Assembly (NCBI GenBank): GCA_951406725.2
Contig: OX597824.1
Location: 60,698,001-60,762,000, forward strand
DNA length: 64,000 nucleotides
Direction: 5' to 3'
Source: Octopus vulgaris
Taxonomy: Eukaryota
The position numbers and the translations under genes were made by a program. Below, piece after piece: positions 13,091 to 25,329 of the stretch. Each line of letters starts with the position of its first letter. Position 1 is the stretch's first letter. The notes beneath the pieces were generated by a model that searched no databases, had not been told where the DNA came from, and was given only the letters and a program-made list of their open reading frames with translations.

Positions 13091-13435
13091 TAAAAAAAAA
13101 TTCAAGTAGGTAGAAAGCACTAGAGGAGGTGATTTTGTGTTGGATGATGAAAGGTTATAGTAAGACAGATAAAGATGTCTTGCCATAGAGGAAGTACAAG
13201 GTTACCTGGCTGGAGAGAGAAAAATCAGGAATGAAGACAGAAACAGGTGTACCACTGCAAAGGAAATGTATGGTTACCCAACCTGATGGAAGTGCAGGAG
13301 AGGGGGAGAGAGAGTGAGAGAAAGAGGGAGAGAGAGAGAGAGAGTGTGAGACAGCAGGATAGAGATGGTGGCAAAATGCTGGGTATACTCACAAAGAATG
13401 GTGATCAGAATATAGATGGGATGGTTGAGTAAAGG

Positions 13436-13490
<55 letters not shown>

Positions 13491-13596
13491 TGGCAAGTGC
13501 CAGGGCATACCCTTGAGGTTCCAACGCCATAATATAAGTGGCAGGATATTGCAAAGGAAGTGTAAGTGACAAAAAACATGGGTATATATATATATA

Positions 13597-14442
13597 CTAG
13601 CAGAATTGCCCGGCGTTGCTCGGGGCTGAATTACTTGAAAGTACTGTTAATGATTGCACTGAATGATGATGATTATTCAGGCAAATATTGATATAAGCTT
13701 ACGCTGGGAGATAAGGACTTAACGATCAAACGTGTGCCATTGCATTGTTTTGGGGGAACCAAATTTCTGATGAGTATTATAGGGGCACCAACTTTAAGTT
13801 TGAGAATGTGTGGTGGTAGTCCGGGGTGCTCAAAGGAATTGAGTACCTCTATTGGATAGTTGATGACGTCCTCTGGGTCAGGAGTTGTATCAATAGACTG
13901 ATATACATAGACTTCCCCAGGAATGAGTTTTAGCATTTCATCATTAATATGGTGAACAGTTTTATTCCTTGGGGCCAGTGTAGCCATTTTGCCAATCCAA
14001 TCCATATTCTGATAATTAGCTTGTAGATCTAGGAACACTGCATCTCTGAGATCAGAAGGCGTCTTAACAATGGTACAAATGGAATCGATGGCAATATTAC
14101 CATTTTCATCCCCTGGTATTTTGCCTTCGCCAAGTGCAATGAGGGTGTGAGGAAATGCTGCTGATGTGATATTACGTCGCATATGAGCATGCATATTGGT
14201 GTGAAGTTTGAAAGTTACTTCCCTTAATTTTAAAAAAATGCATTAAAATGGGAAAAAATGATGGTAAATTATTTGTAAAATTGTAGACTCATCGTAGACG
14301 CGCGCTAATACCCAGAAGGGCTCGATATAAATCACGACTATAAGATACTCGGTTTTGGTTAAACTGCATCGCAAAATGTGGGAGTAGTTAGGAATCTAAA
14401 TCGGAGTAGACAGACACACAACCTTTCTTTTATATATAAAGA
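13597..14442 (-). mobile_element. non-autonomous Helitron carrying a Pif1-type helicase fragment (~13690-14190)
   Basis: Minus strand starts A|TCTTTATATATAAAAG and ends with hairpin CCCGAGCAACGCCGGG plus CTAG|T. Protein LAPRN...PGLPPHILKLKVGAPIILIRNL..CNGTRL. Confidence 0.9.
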
Positions 14443-15265
14443 TTTTCGTCCTAAAAAAACTTTGTATGGAGTGAATGGTTACCTCTATGGAAATATATAC
14501 ACACACATTATACATACATGTGTGTATAGATGAATATATAAATACATTTAAATATCTATATACACTTTTGGACGATCTTTCTGCTTCTTAGAGATAACTT
14601 TAGATCTTATTTTCGTCCTAAAAAACTTTGTATGGGGTGAATGGTTACCTCTATGGAAATATATACACACACGTTATACATACATGTGTGCATAGATGAA
14701 TATATAAATACATTTAAATATCTATATACACTTTTGGGCGATCTTTCTGTTTCTTAGAGATAACTTTAGATCTTATTTTCGTCCTAAAAAACTTTGTGCG
14801 GAGTGAATGGTTACCTCTATGGAAATATATACACACACATTATACATACATGTGTGTATAGATGAATATATAAATACATTTAAATATCTATATACACTTT
14901 TGGGCGATCTTTCTGTTTGTTAGAGATAACTTTAGATCTTATTTTCGTCCTAAATAACTTTGTATGGAGTGAATGGTTACCTCAATGGAAATATATACAC
15001 ACACATTATACATACATGTGTGTGTCTATATACACTTTTGGGCGACTGCTACTTAGAGATAACTTTAGATGTTATTTTCGTCCTAAAAAACTTTGTGCGG
15101 AGTGAATGGTTACCTCTATGGAAATATATACACACACGTTATACATACATGTGTGCATAGATGAATATATAAATACATTTAAATATCTATATACACTTTT
15201 GGGCGATCTTTCTGCTTCTTAGAGATAACTTTAGATGTTATATTCGTCCTAAATAACTTTGTATG
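14443..15265. repeat. ~166-bp tandem repeat, about 5 units (one internally deleted)
   Basis: Unit TTTTCGTCCTAAAAAACTTTGT...TAGAGATAACTTTAGATCTTA starts at ~14443, 14610, 14776, 14942, 15075 and 15241. Confidence 0.95.
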
Positions 15266-16179
15266 AATTGAAAAAGAAAATGAATTGAAATTCTAAAAGA
15301 AAGGAATTTGTTTACATACATGTGTAAAATGGCAAATGTTTGTGCAGTTGTCTGATGGAACTGATGTATTATAATGAATAGTCCTTCTTCTTGTGAATAT
15401 TAATTTGATTAATATGAACTGAAAACCAGTGGTGTAGCATAGGTGATCTTCTAGCAAAAAGGATGACCAGTCTGAATGGGTCATCCCTGTCACACACACA
15501 CACACACACACGCACCCTCACACACACGCACACACACACACACACACACACACGTTAGCTTACAATGTCTGTCAACAATTGACACTGTCGCATATATTAG
15601 CGTGTCTATGTGTCTATGTGTCTAAAGAGGAAGTGGGAGTAATAGGCAGAATAAAGGCTTCAAAGTGAAATGTTAAAATATTGAGTTTTCTCGAATTTTG
15701 TCTTAATTGGGGGTGAAATTGAAAGAAATTGTGTATGGCATGACCCAATGGAAGTTCTTTGAAAAATCATAGGTAAAGTCTAATTGAAGAAATTGTGTGA
15801 GGAGTAAATCGTTATGTATTTATTTGTTTCTGTTTGCTGCTTTTTTTATTTTTGAGTAGTGTTGTAAGGTAGACTTGCAAAGAGAAAGTGGGAGAAGTGA
15901 GAGTGATAGCGTGAGTGAATCAGATCGCTCCCTTTGTGTGTGTGTGTGTGTGCGAGTGCTGTAACCCACACTAAGAAATGCATTTGACTTATACACCACA
16001 ATGTGAGTTTTCTCTAAATTTTGCTTAATTGGGGTTGAAATTTTAAAAACTGGACCTGGCACGACCCGATGCATTCTACTCTTAAAAATGCTAGGTAAAT
16101 TGTAATTGAAGAAATCCTATATTGTAGATTTCTATAAGATACAAAGGGAGGCAGATAAAATCTGCCTTTTATAATAAGA
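14443..16179 (-). mobile_element. second Helitron (5' end only visible) hosting the 166-bp array
   Basis: Minus-strand 5' end A|TCTTATTATAAAAGGCAGATTTTATCTGCC; internal duplication ~15680-15800 / ~16005-16130. Confidence 0.55.
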
Positions 16180-16194
16180 TATATATATATATGT

Positions 16195-16225
<31 letters not shown>

Positions 16226-16569
16226 GAGGGGCGGGGCTATCAGATAGCAGTGATACAGAGGAACAGGGCCCTGAGGACAAGATTGTGAAGTGAGAGCTAG
16301 GCATAGTGTATGAAGGAGGAATTGCGAGAAAGAGAAGAGATGTGGGGATGTAAATTGGTTTGTTTAGGTAGGGCGAGGGAAAAGTTTTCTTGTTATGTGT
16401 GGGTGGAACACAGGTTGGGGGCTAGCAGATAGCAACAATACAGTGAGACAGGCATGTGGGTAGAATAATTAAGTGCATGCAAGCACGCACACACACACAC
16501 ACACACACATATTCACCCGTGTAATCATCTACTGGATTAAAAATAAGAACGCACAATGAATGTGTTATC

Positions 16570-16575
16570 TTTATT
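16570..16575 (-). terminator. candidate polyadenylation signal of the CAP-EGF-ShKT gene
   Basis: AATAAA on the minus strand ~460 nt downstream of the predicted stop. Confidence 0.45.
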
Positions 16576-17034
16576 GAAAATAGACATATTTTTCCAAAAT
16601 AATTTTAGACTTAAATCTTCAATCTTTAATAGGATATGCTTTTAGTTATATAGTTTGAGATTTTTTCTTCTGTTTTAGTTTGAATTATAAAATATATTTT
16701 GTTTGTTCGTATGCATTTAGTAAAGATAGTATTAATTGTTAGTCAGTATGGCAATAAAATTCATTTCACTGTTAGCATGTATAAAGTAAAATTTGTTATT
16801 CGTATGAACATCGGAAGGTAATTTCGTTTGTTAGTATGTACATGGTAAAATGTATTGTGAGTATGATCATAGCAAAATAAATTTTGTTTATTTGTGAGTA
16901 CATGGTAATAAAATTCGAAGTGGTTGTTAGTATATACATTGTATTAGTTTTGGTGTTAAATTTTGAAAAGCCAAATATCTGGTACAATCAAATCAGTATC
17001 AATTCATGTTACAATTCCGTCTGGTATTTTCATG

Positions 17035-17114
17035 CTAGATGCTACTAGGGATCAAGAAATAGCAGGACACAGCAGCAGATACAATAAACATCTGTTTCAA
17101 AGCTCGGATGGTAA
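17035..17114 (-). CDS. module A exon 11 (terminal): hydrophobic C-terminus, GPI-signal-like
   Basis: Acceptor gtttttttacag; phase 1; (V)TIRALKQMFIVSAAVSCYFLIPSSI-TAG. Confidence 0.75.
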
Positions 17115-17371
17115 CTGTAAAAAAACATGCAAAAATGGTATAATTAGATAACTGTTGCATCACACACATGCTCACACATACACAAACACATCTTTTCAAA
17201 GAATAACAGAATCAGTTTACCAGTTGAATGACCAGAAACATGTAACTTGGGGTCGTGGATTTATGAGCCTTCCAGTTACAACCTATCAAAGAATACTTTA
17301 CACCTAAATATTGAACTCTGTGATTTAATGCTTCTCTGTGAATCAACAGAATTGTATGTATATATATATAT

Positions 17372-17779
17372 ATTCTTTTACTCTTTTACTTGTTTCAGTC
17401 TGACTGCGGCCATGCTGGAGCACTGCCTTTAATCGAGCAACTCAACCCCGGGACTTATTCGTTTTTTTTGTAAGCCCAGTACTTATTCTATCGGTCTCTT
17501 TTGCCGAACTGCTAAGTAACAGGGACATAAACACACCAGCATCGGTTGTCAAGCAATGCTAGGGGGACAAACACAGACACACAAACACACACATGCATAT
17601 ATATATACATATATACGACGGGCTTCTTTCAGTTTCCATCTACCAAATCCACTCACAAGGCTTTGGTTGGCCCGAGGCTATAGTAGAAGACACTTGTCCA
17701 AGGTGCCACGCAGTGAGACTGAAACCGGAACCATGTGGTTGATAAACAAGCTACTTACCACAAAGCCACTCCTGCGCCT
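17372..17779 (-). mobile_element. tRNA-headed SINE, family 1
   Basis: Reverse complement of the copy at 55071-55470. Confidence 0.85.
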
Positions 17780-17799
17780 GTGCATATATATATGCACAC

Positions 17800-18180
17800 A
17801 TATTTATATTTATTTATATTAAGGGCATTACTATACATAGATGCCTCATGCTATGAGGGACTCTTAAAAGCAGAACTACCCTAATAAATACAGTGTACCA
17901 AACTTGAGAGAATGCAGCTCTCGAAGTGAGCTTCTTAAAAACAGATTCTGTTTTTAAGGAGCTCACTTCAAGAGTATTCCCTCGCATTCGGTACACTGTA
18001 TTTATTATGGTAGTTTTGACTTTAAGAGTCCCCCATAGCATGAGGCATTTATGTATAATAATGCCCTTAATATAAATAAATATATTTAAAGGGAATAATC
18101 AAAAATTTTTCCCTTATGAGGTTTTTCATGCTGAATACTTGATAAATTCTTATAAAAATTTTATCTTATTTTAAAATTTC
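17800..18180. mobile_element. fold-back fragment of the Penelope-like family also at 38401-39230
   Basis: ~140-bp inverted arms centred on ~17946; the right arm matches ~38610-38850. Confidence 0.75.
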
Positions 18181-18246
18181 ATACATATTTATATATATAC
18201 ACACACACACACACATGCATGTATATATATGTATATAATACATAGA

Positions 18247-18765
18247 TATGGTTTCTGATCTTAACTGATTGGAAGTGTTATTATGTACATGGTTTGTCTT
18301 GGCATAAAAGATGGGCTACAGCAAATATTCTGCTCAATACCACAGATTTTTTGTCAGTTGTTTGACCATAGCCATTTGAACATGCCACTTGGTGGCTGGC
18401 GATATGGGCATCTCTGATCACAAGCAGAGGTAGTGGGGGAACATCATAGCCATGTTTTGAGAGGAATTTTTTGGAGCTTGAATAATTCACCTCTGGAACC
18501 ATGGGTGTTTCGTTCAACATCCTTAAACAACTCTTATTCATTGACCTTTCGAGCGGGATGAGTTACTCAACCTGAAGAAAATTCTTACTGAGCCTCTGTT
18601 GCAAGGTCACATGCTATTTATCTTGATATGAAATCATCATCTCACACACATATGCTTGTGATGCAAGTGCCTGGTGTACCCTTATCAGATGGGTAGTCAT
18701 GATGGGTATACTGGGCTTCGTATATTTTACCCCGATGTCACTTTGATGGCATGCAGTTTTTCACT
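18247..18765 (+). mobile_element. ~540-bp (AAT)n-flanked retroposon; other copies at 21032-21590(-), 32570-33075(+), 33146-33686(+), 35115-35671(+)
   Basis: Five collinear copies (ctgatcttaactgattggaagtg ... tgatggcatgcactgctctctcactc), each ending in an AAT-type tail. Confidence 0.85.
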
Positions 18766-18794
18766 CAGCAGCAGCAACAACAATAACAACAACA

Positions 18795-19185
18795 AATTTT
18801 TTTGCAATAGGCACAAAGCCTGAAATTTCAGGGAGTGGGCTAGTCAATTACATTGACCCCATGGCAAAACTGGAACATATTTCATCAACCCTAAAAGAAT
18901 GAATGGTAAAGTCAACCTGATGGAATTTGAACTCAGAAAGTAAAGATGAATGAAATGCTGGTAAGCATTTTGTCCAGTGTGCTAACAATTCCACCAGCCT
19001 TAATAATACTAATAATTTCAAATTTTGACACAAAGCCAGCAATTTCAGAGGGGGAGTAAATTGATTACATTGACGCCAGTATTCAACTAGTATTTATTTT
19101 ATTGACTCTGAAGGATGAAAGGCAAAGTCAACTTTAGTGGACTTTGAACTCCGAATGTGAAAACGGATGAAATGCCACTGACAGA
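18795..19185 (-). mobile_element. two adjacent copies of tRNA-headed SINE family 2; more at ~22500-22940, 40085-40315, 44770-45210, 57830-57965
   Basis: Reverse complements of the copy at 43979-44200. Confidence 0.8.
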
Positions 19186-19640
19186 ATGATTCAGACTAAT
19201 CTACGAAACATAATCATTAAAGACATAGAAGAAAATATTTGTAGATTAATAGATGTAAGTGTTTCCATTGATAAAAATATATCTGATAAATTAAGTAAAT
19301 ATAAGGACCTGGAAATTGAAGTACAAAAGATGTGGCATTTTAAAGCAAGAACTGTTCCTGTTATTGAAGGTGCCCTAGGTATGACAAAAAGGGGATGTCA
19401 GAAACATCTAGACAGCATCCCAAGAGAACTATGTCTCAGAGAAATCCAAAAGTTTGTGCTAATAAATACTGCCCGTATCCTTAGAAAACCTCTATCAATT
19501 TAATGGTCTGTGTTGTATTACATGGCGATATTTCACTACTGCTCCTGCCACTTCCCCTCCCTAAGCTTTATCCTTCACTCACCCTAGGGTGCTGGGTATG
19601 TCTTGGCAAGTGATTTCAACAAACATGCAGATTAAAAGTA

Positions 19641-19675
<35 letters not shown>

Positions 19676-19680
19676 TAATA
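19186..19680 (+). mobile_element. 3' end of an R4/Dong-like non-LTR element (restriction-like endonuclease) with (TAA)n tail
   Basis: LIDVSV..DKNI..KLSKYKDLEIEVQKMW....VPVI.GALG motif. Confidence 0.8.
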
Positions 19681-20320
19681 ATGGTATCCAGTGTATCTGC
19701 CTCAAAGAATTCAGTCTGAGTGACATGGAAAACAATGATAAGGATAATAAGGATGATGATCTCTCTAGTATTAAAAAATAATTGCTTCTAATAAGAAAGA
19801 AATTTTCGATGATACTTCAGTATTAATTTGAAGACTTATGAAATAGATGAAGCAGGTTAGTCTTTCAAGGAGCACAGGTGAAGTAGGTCGGTCATTCAAG
19901 GAGCACATATATCCACTTTTACAGTTTATAAATTCATTAGTAGACTTAATAACATTGTTATTTTGAGAAATGCCGAAAATTTATTAGACATAATTTTATA
20001 CAAGATAAATCTGAACCTTGTCAAGTTTATGGAAAATAGTGGATTGTGCCTTGTCAGCTAGGAAATTGAACATAGAACAATACAGTAATGTATTTCAAAC
20101 TAAGTGTATTTCAAACTAAGCTAGAAGACATGAAGTTGAGCCAAGCTCATGGTTCATGGTTCTCTTTTTTCAAGTGTCCGATTTATTGTACTCCTAGAAC
20201 TAGTGTTCTCAGAGTCAAGTAATGGACAAATGGAGTCAGCAGTTAGTGAAAGTACAGTCTGATGATGACATTTCTGGTGTACAATTTATCAATCGTTTGA
20301 TTTTAAGATGAAATCCTTAC

Positions 20321-20374
20321 CTGAGGCTGTATTAATTTCAGGAAACGGCATGGTTGTATAAACTGTGGTCAGTT
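20321..20374 (-). CDS. module A exon 10: stalk
   Basis: Acceptor ctctctttacag, donor CAG|gtaagg; phase 1-1; (E)LTTVYTTMPFPEINTAS. Confidence 0.8.
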
Positions 20375-20464
20375 CTGTAAAGAGAGAAAGAGAGAGAGGA
20401 TGAAAAGGAGAAATGTAGGAGAAGATAAACTAGAGATAGCTTTTGTGGGAACAGAACATAGGTT

Positions 20465-20930
20465 AGCAACACACATAATGGCAACAATGGCAACAATCAC
20501 AATAACAGCTGATACATTAGCAGCATGCACAATAGCAACAGTCACAACAGCAACTCACGCAATAGCAACTAGTACATTAGGAGCTAACACAATAGCAACA
20601 AGCAAATATCAGCATACATTCTAGCTACATATAACAACAACATAATAGCAACAGTCTCAATAGCAACAATTCCAATGGCAGCTGGCAAATAACAGCATAG
20701 ATAATTCAAGCATAAAATACCAGCACAATAACAATAGCTATAATAGCAATTAGCATAACAGCAACAGTCACAATAGTAAATGGTAACACAGCAACTGGCA
20801 TGATGCTACACTAACTGCAAGGATAATAGCAACAGCAATATACAATAGCAACATGTACAGAAGTAAGAGGCACAACAGGGACAAATGAAATACCAAATAC
20901 CGCAAGCATAATAGCAACATATATAAAAGC
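20465..20930. repeat. degenerate (ATAGCAAC)-type low-complexity tract, intronic
   Basis: Recurrent atagcaac/acaatagca units. Confidence 0.7.
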
Positions 20931-21586
20931 TGGGAGAAACAATATCAAAATACAATATATTTAGTTGCTAAAAAAATTAAGTTTTGTTACTATTATTTTT
21001 ATTATTATTGTCATTATTATTATTATTATTATTGAGTGAGAGAGCAGTGCATGCCATCAAAATGCCACTGGGGTAAAATATACGAAGCCCAGTATACCCA
21101 TCATGACTACCCATCTGATAAAGGTACACCAGGCACATGCATCACAACCACATGTGTGCAACATGGTGATCTCATATCAAGATAAACAGTACATGACCTT
21201 GCAGGCTGGGCCCAGTTAGAATTTTCTTCTGGTCGAGTAGCCCATTCCACTCAAAAGGTCCCTGAATAAGAGTTGTTTAAGGCTGTTGAATGAACACCCA
21301 TGTTTCCACAGGTGAATTATCCAAACCTCTAAGAATTCCTTTCAACACACAGCTATGATGCTCCCCCACTACTTCTGCTCCTGATCAGAGATGCACATAT
21401 CGTCAGCCACTAAGGGACATGGTCAATTGGTTAAGGTCAAACAACTTACAAGCAAATCTGTGGTATTGAGCAGAATATTTGCTGTAGCCTGTCTTTTATA
21501 CCAAGACAAAACAATGTACATGATAACACTTCCAATCAGTTAAGATCAGTAGCCACGAGAGCCACTATCTGGTACTACTTCAGGAC

Positions 21587-21619
<33 letters not shown>

Positions 21620-22434
21620 TACTTTGCACACTGGATACTAGATATTAATTTATTCGAGGAACTACTTAGGATCTGTTAACATATGAAAAGGTATATTTGA
21701 GGGAAGCAGCTTTTCGTCACTCTTATTTGTCATCTGCATGATCTCCCTGACCCAAGTCCTTAGAAATGTGGAAATTAGATATATGCTAATTGATATTAAG
21801 ATCAACCATCTGTTATTAACGGTTGATTTAAAGTTATTTGTGAAAGATGAGGACAAAACTGACAGCTTAACATCTATTGTAAACCTGATTAATCCAGATA
21901 GGATGGTGTTTATAAAAAAAATGGTGTTGTAATACTGAAACTGGGGAAAACTAGCAAAGAGTGGAGGGACCGAGCTTGCAAATGGCCAGACTATTACAGT
22001 AGGAGAGGAAGAATGCAAGGATTTGGGATTCCTTAAGTTGGATAAGATCATAGAGAAACAAATGAAGATGTGAAACCTGTAATGTCATGTAAATTGAATG
22101 AAATGAATAAGACTAAGGTAATGAATACATAGGCTGTGTCCCTCATGCACTGTGGGGCAGGAGTTATTAAATGGAAAACTAGGAAATTAATGACTGTGCA
22201 TAAGGAGCTCCTTGCAAGGAGTGATGTTGCAAAACTTTATGTTGGAAGAAAAAAAGGAGGTAGAGGACTAATAATTTGTGAAAACTGTGTCAAAAGCAAA
22301 GAAAACAACCTAGCTGGGTACCTTAAAAATGTAAGAGACCTTGATGCAATGAAATCTAATGAATGCAGGAAGAGAATGAAAAAAGAATTTGAAAAGGAAT
22401 GGCAGGACAAACCTATGCATGGGCAATACACTAG

Positions 22435-22435
<1 letters not shown>
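21620..22435 (+). mobile_element. degenerate R4/Dong-like RT fragment
   Basis: INHLLLTVDLKLF (cf. HLLYMDDLKL), LYVGRKKGGRGL, WQDKPMHGQY; flanked by (TAA)n. Confidence 0.7.
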
Positions 22436-22503
<68 letters not shown>

Positions 22504-23395
22504 GTTTCAAATTTTGCCACAAGGACAGCAATTTTAAGAGAGGGGATAAATCAAATTCCTCAACCCAGTGTTCAGCTGGTACTTATTTTATCGCTCCTGA
22601 AAGGATGAAAGTTGACCTTGGTGGAATTTGAACTTGGAATACAGTGATGGGTGAAATACTGCTAAGCATTTCATCCAGTATGCTAACAATTCTGCCAGCT
22701 GGCCATCTTAGATCATAATAATAATAATCTTTTCTACTGGAAGCACAAGGCCTCAAATTAGGGAGAAGGGATTAAGTTGACTACATCCACCCTAGTGTGT
22801 AACTGGTACTTGTTTAATTGATTCCAAAAGGATGAAAGGCAAAGTTGACCTTGGCGGAATTTGTACTCAGAACACATGGGTGAAATACTGCTAAGCATTT
22901 TATTCAGCATGCTAACAATTCAGCCAATTGGCCACCATAGCTCATAATAATAATAATGATAGACAATATGAAGAGTGTGATGCAATTGTAATAAATAATT
23001 TACTGGTTGAATGATATTTTGACAGCTTGCCTGTCTTTATGAAGAAAATGACAGGGAAATTTCATCATATTTACACAAAGGTGTTTGATTAAATATTCTT
23101 CTTTTTCCTTTCTCCCCATTCTTTCTTTCTTTCTTTCTTTCTTTCTTTTTGTTTTTTGTCAGTTGTAAACTTGAAAATTGAAGACTGATGATGTCATTCT
23201 ATCAATGTAGAAACGCTGGTTGCACTCGGTCAATCTTTTGAATTTGAATTTCTACGAATCACTTTTTATTCTGAACTCGACAAAGACAGGCTAGCTGTCG
23301 AAATATCGTTCAACAAATGAAATATCTATTGCAATCGAATCACACTCTTTGTATTGCCTATTTACATTTGTGAAAAGTTACATCAATCCTTTTAA

Positions 23396-23449
<54 letters not shown>

Positions 23450-23450
<1 letters not shown>

Positions 23451-23887
23451 TCCGCTCTGGGTGAGGACTCTACTTGTGAAGACCCGTTGAGGCAAGTGAG
23501 GATCAGAATCGAAATCGATCAATGGAAATCGATCAATGGAAATTGCAGATGTGTTACCAGTGCCGGTGGCATGTAAGAGAACTTTCCGTTTCGCGACCGT
23601 TGCCATCACCGCCCCGTTTCGTGTCCGTTGCCAGCCTCGCCTGGCCCTCGTGCCGGTGGCACATAAAAAGCACCATCCGTTCGTGGCCGTTTGCCAGCTC
23701 TGTCTGGCCCCCGTGTTGGTGGCACGTAAAAAGCACCCACTACACTCACGGAGTGGTTGGCGTTAGGAAGGGCATCCAGCCGTAGAAACACTGCCAGATT
23801 TGACTGGGCCTGATGAAGCCTTCTGGCTTCACAGACCCCAGTAGAACCGTCCAACCCATGCTAGCATGGAAAACGGACGCTAAACGA

Positions 23888-23890
<3 letters not shown>
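23450..23890 (+). mobile_element. RTE LINE 3' UTR fragment inside a (TAA)n tract
   Basis: Matches 49620-50180, including the ggtggcacgtaaaaagcacc repeats. Confidence 0.85.
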
Positions 23891-23946
<56 letters not shown>

Positions 23947-23954
23947 TAGTAATA

Positions 23955-24008
<54 letters not shown>

Positions 24009-24092
24009 TAATAATAAATGAATTTTGCAACAGCCACAGCCCCACTGTGGCAGGATATTGAATAATGATGATGAAGAAACAACCATTCTGAC

Positions 24093-24131
24093 CTGTCACT
24101 CTTGTATTATTGGTGGTTACATATTCAGCAT
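24093..24131 (-). CDS. module A exon 9
   Basis: Acceptor ttgttttccag, donor CAG|gtcaga; phase 1-1; (Y)AEYVTTNNTRVT; positional homologue of exon 60380-60436. Confidence 0.75.
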
Positions 24132-25000
24132 CTGGAAAACAAGAATAAGGTAATTGCAATGAGCTAATAAGATATTTTCAAAAAGACCTCTAAGCACTGT
24201 GGGCAAGAAATTAGGTGTGATACCAATAACTAAAACCGATGACAAGATATTATATCAAACAACATATATATTCTGGGAAAGCTTCCATTATCAAATATAA
24301 GATAGAAAATAATCCAAGAGTTTGGAGGAAAGATTTCCTGAAATATAATAGAAGAGTTAAACAACCTATGTAGAATGTAGAGTGATACAATATCTTGTTT
24401 TTGTCTTTATTTGTTAGCATCGCCTTTATGTTGCTTAACATTTAGCCAGCATTACTTAAAAATATATTTATATTAAATCATAAAAAGACAAAATGGAATA
24501 AGCAGAACAAGATGAGAGACATGGGATAAAGAGTCAATGAAAAGGTCAAAGGATGTGTGATGAAAGAGCTTTGACAGAAACTATGGTAATAATAATAAAG
24601 CTGAAGTGAAAACCAAATATATAGTGTGTGTTTAATTGGCTAAGTATAATAATATCTGTTTCAACACATGGTTTCACAAAAAGAACCTTGCAAAACAAAT
24701 ATATAAACATACATTTATATATATAAGTGTGTATGTGTGTGTGCATGCATGCACACATATACATGCATACGCATACACATTCAAGGCTTATGCTAGGAAG
24801 AGAGTTAATATCTGCTGTCAGGTAGGCATACTAAATTACTTGCTTAAAAATGGAACTCCAGGAAAGATTCCTTTGTTTCTGTGGGAGGGCAATAGATATA
24901 AAATATATAAATAATAAATTATGAGTAATAGTGCTGAAATTAAATTATGTTTATTTTCATACGATTTTAACATGTGTAGTAATAAAAAATTCTAACTTAC

Positions 25001-25117
25001 ATGGACAGATTCCACAAAGCCAAGGACATTTCATGGTTACATGAGGATGTAGGGAGCAATCATTGACAGTGTATTTCATTGAACAGTCTGCAGGATCATA
25101 ACCCAGGGAGCAGTTCA
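25001..25117 (-). CDS. module A exon 8: ShKT-like six-cysteine domain
   Basis: ttttttatag / gtaagt; phase 1-1; (M)NCSLGYDPADCSMKYTVNDCSLHPHVTMKCPWLCGICP. Confidence 0.92.
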
Positions 25118-25329
25118 CTATAAAAAAAATATAATGAGATTACTGTTTGAGGATATTTATGTATTGGGTAGTAATACTTAGAACATGTTGACAAAAGAGA
25201 TGGATAGAGGAGAAACAGTGAAAAAGAGAGCAAAGGAGGTAGCTAGATAGAGAGAAAGTAAGGGATATATATATATATATATATATGCTTTCAGTGCAAA
25301 TGGTTTTTTATTATAGCGTCGTGATTTAC

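Noticed and set aside
14443-15265. Regular repeat array considered as CRISPR-like
   Set aside because: Whole units repeat with no unique spacers; eukaryotic context; no cas genes.
20400-20624. Thr/Ala-rich plus-strand ORF
   Set aside because: Low-complexity intronic repeat on the strand opposite the gene; no splice support.
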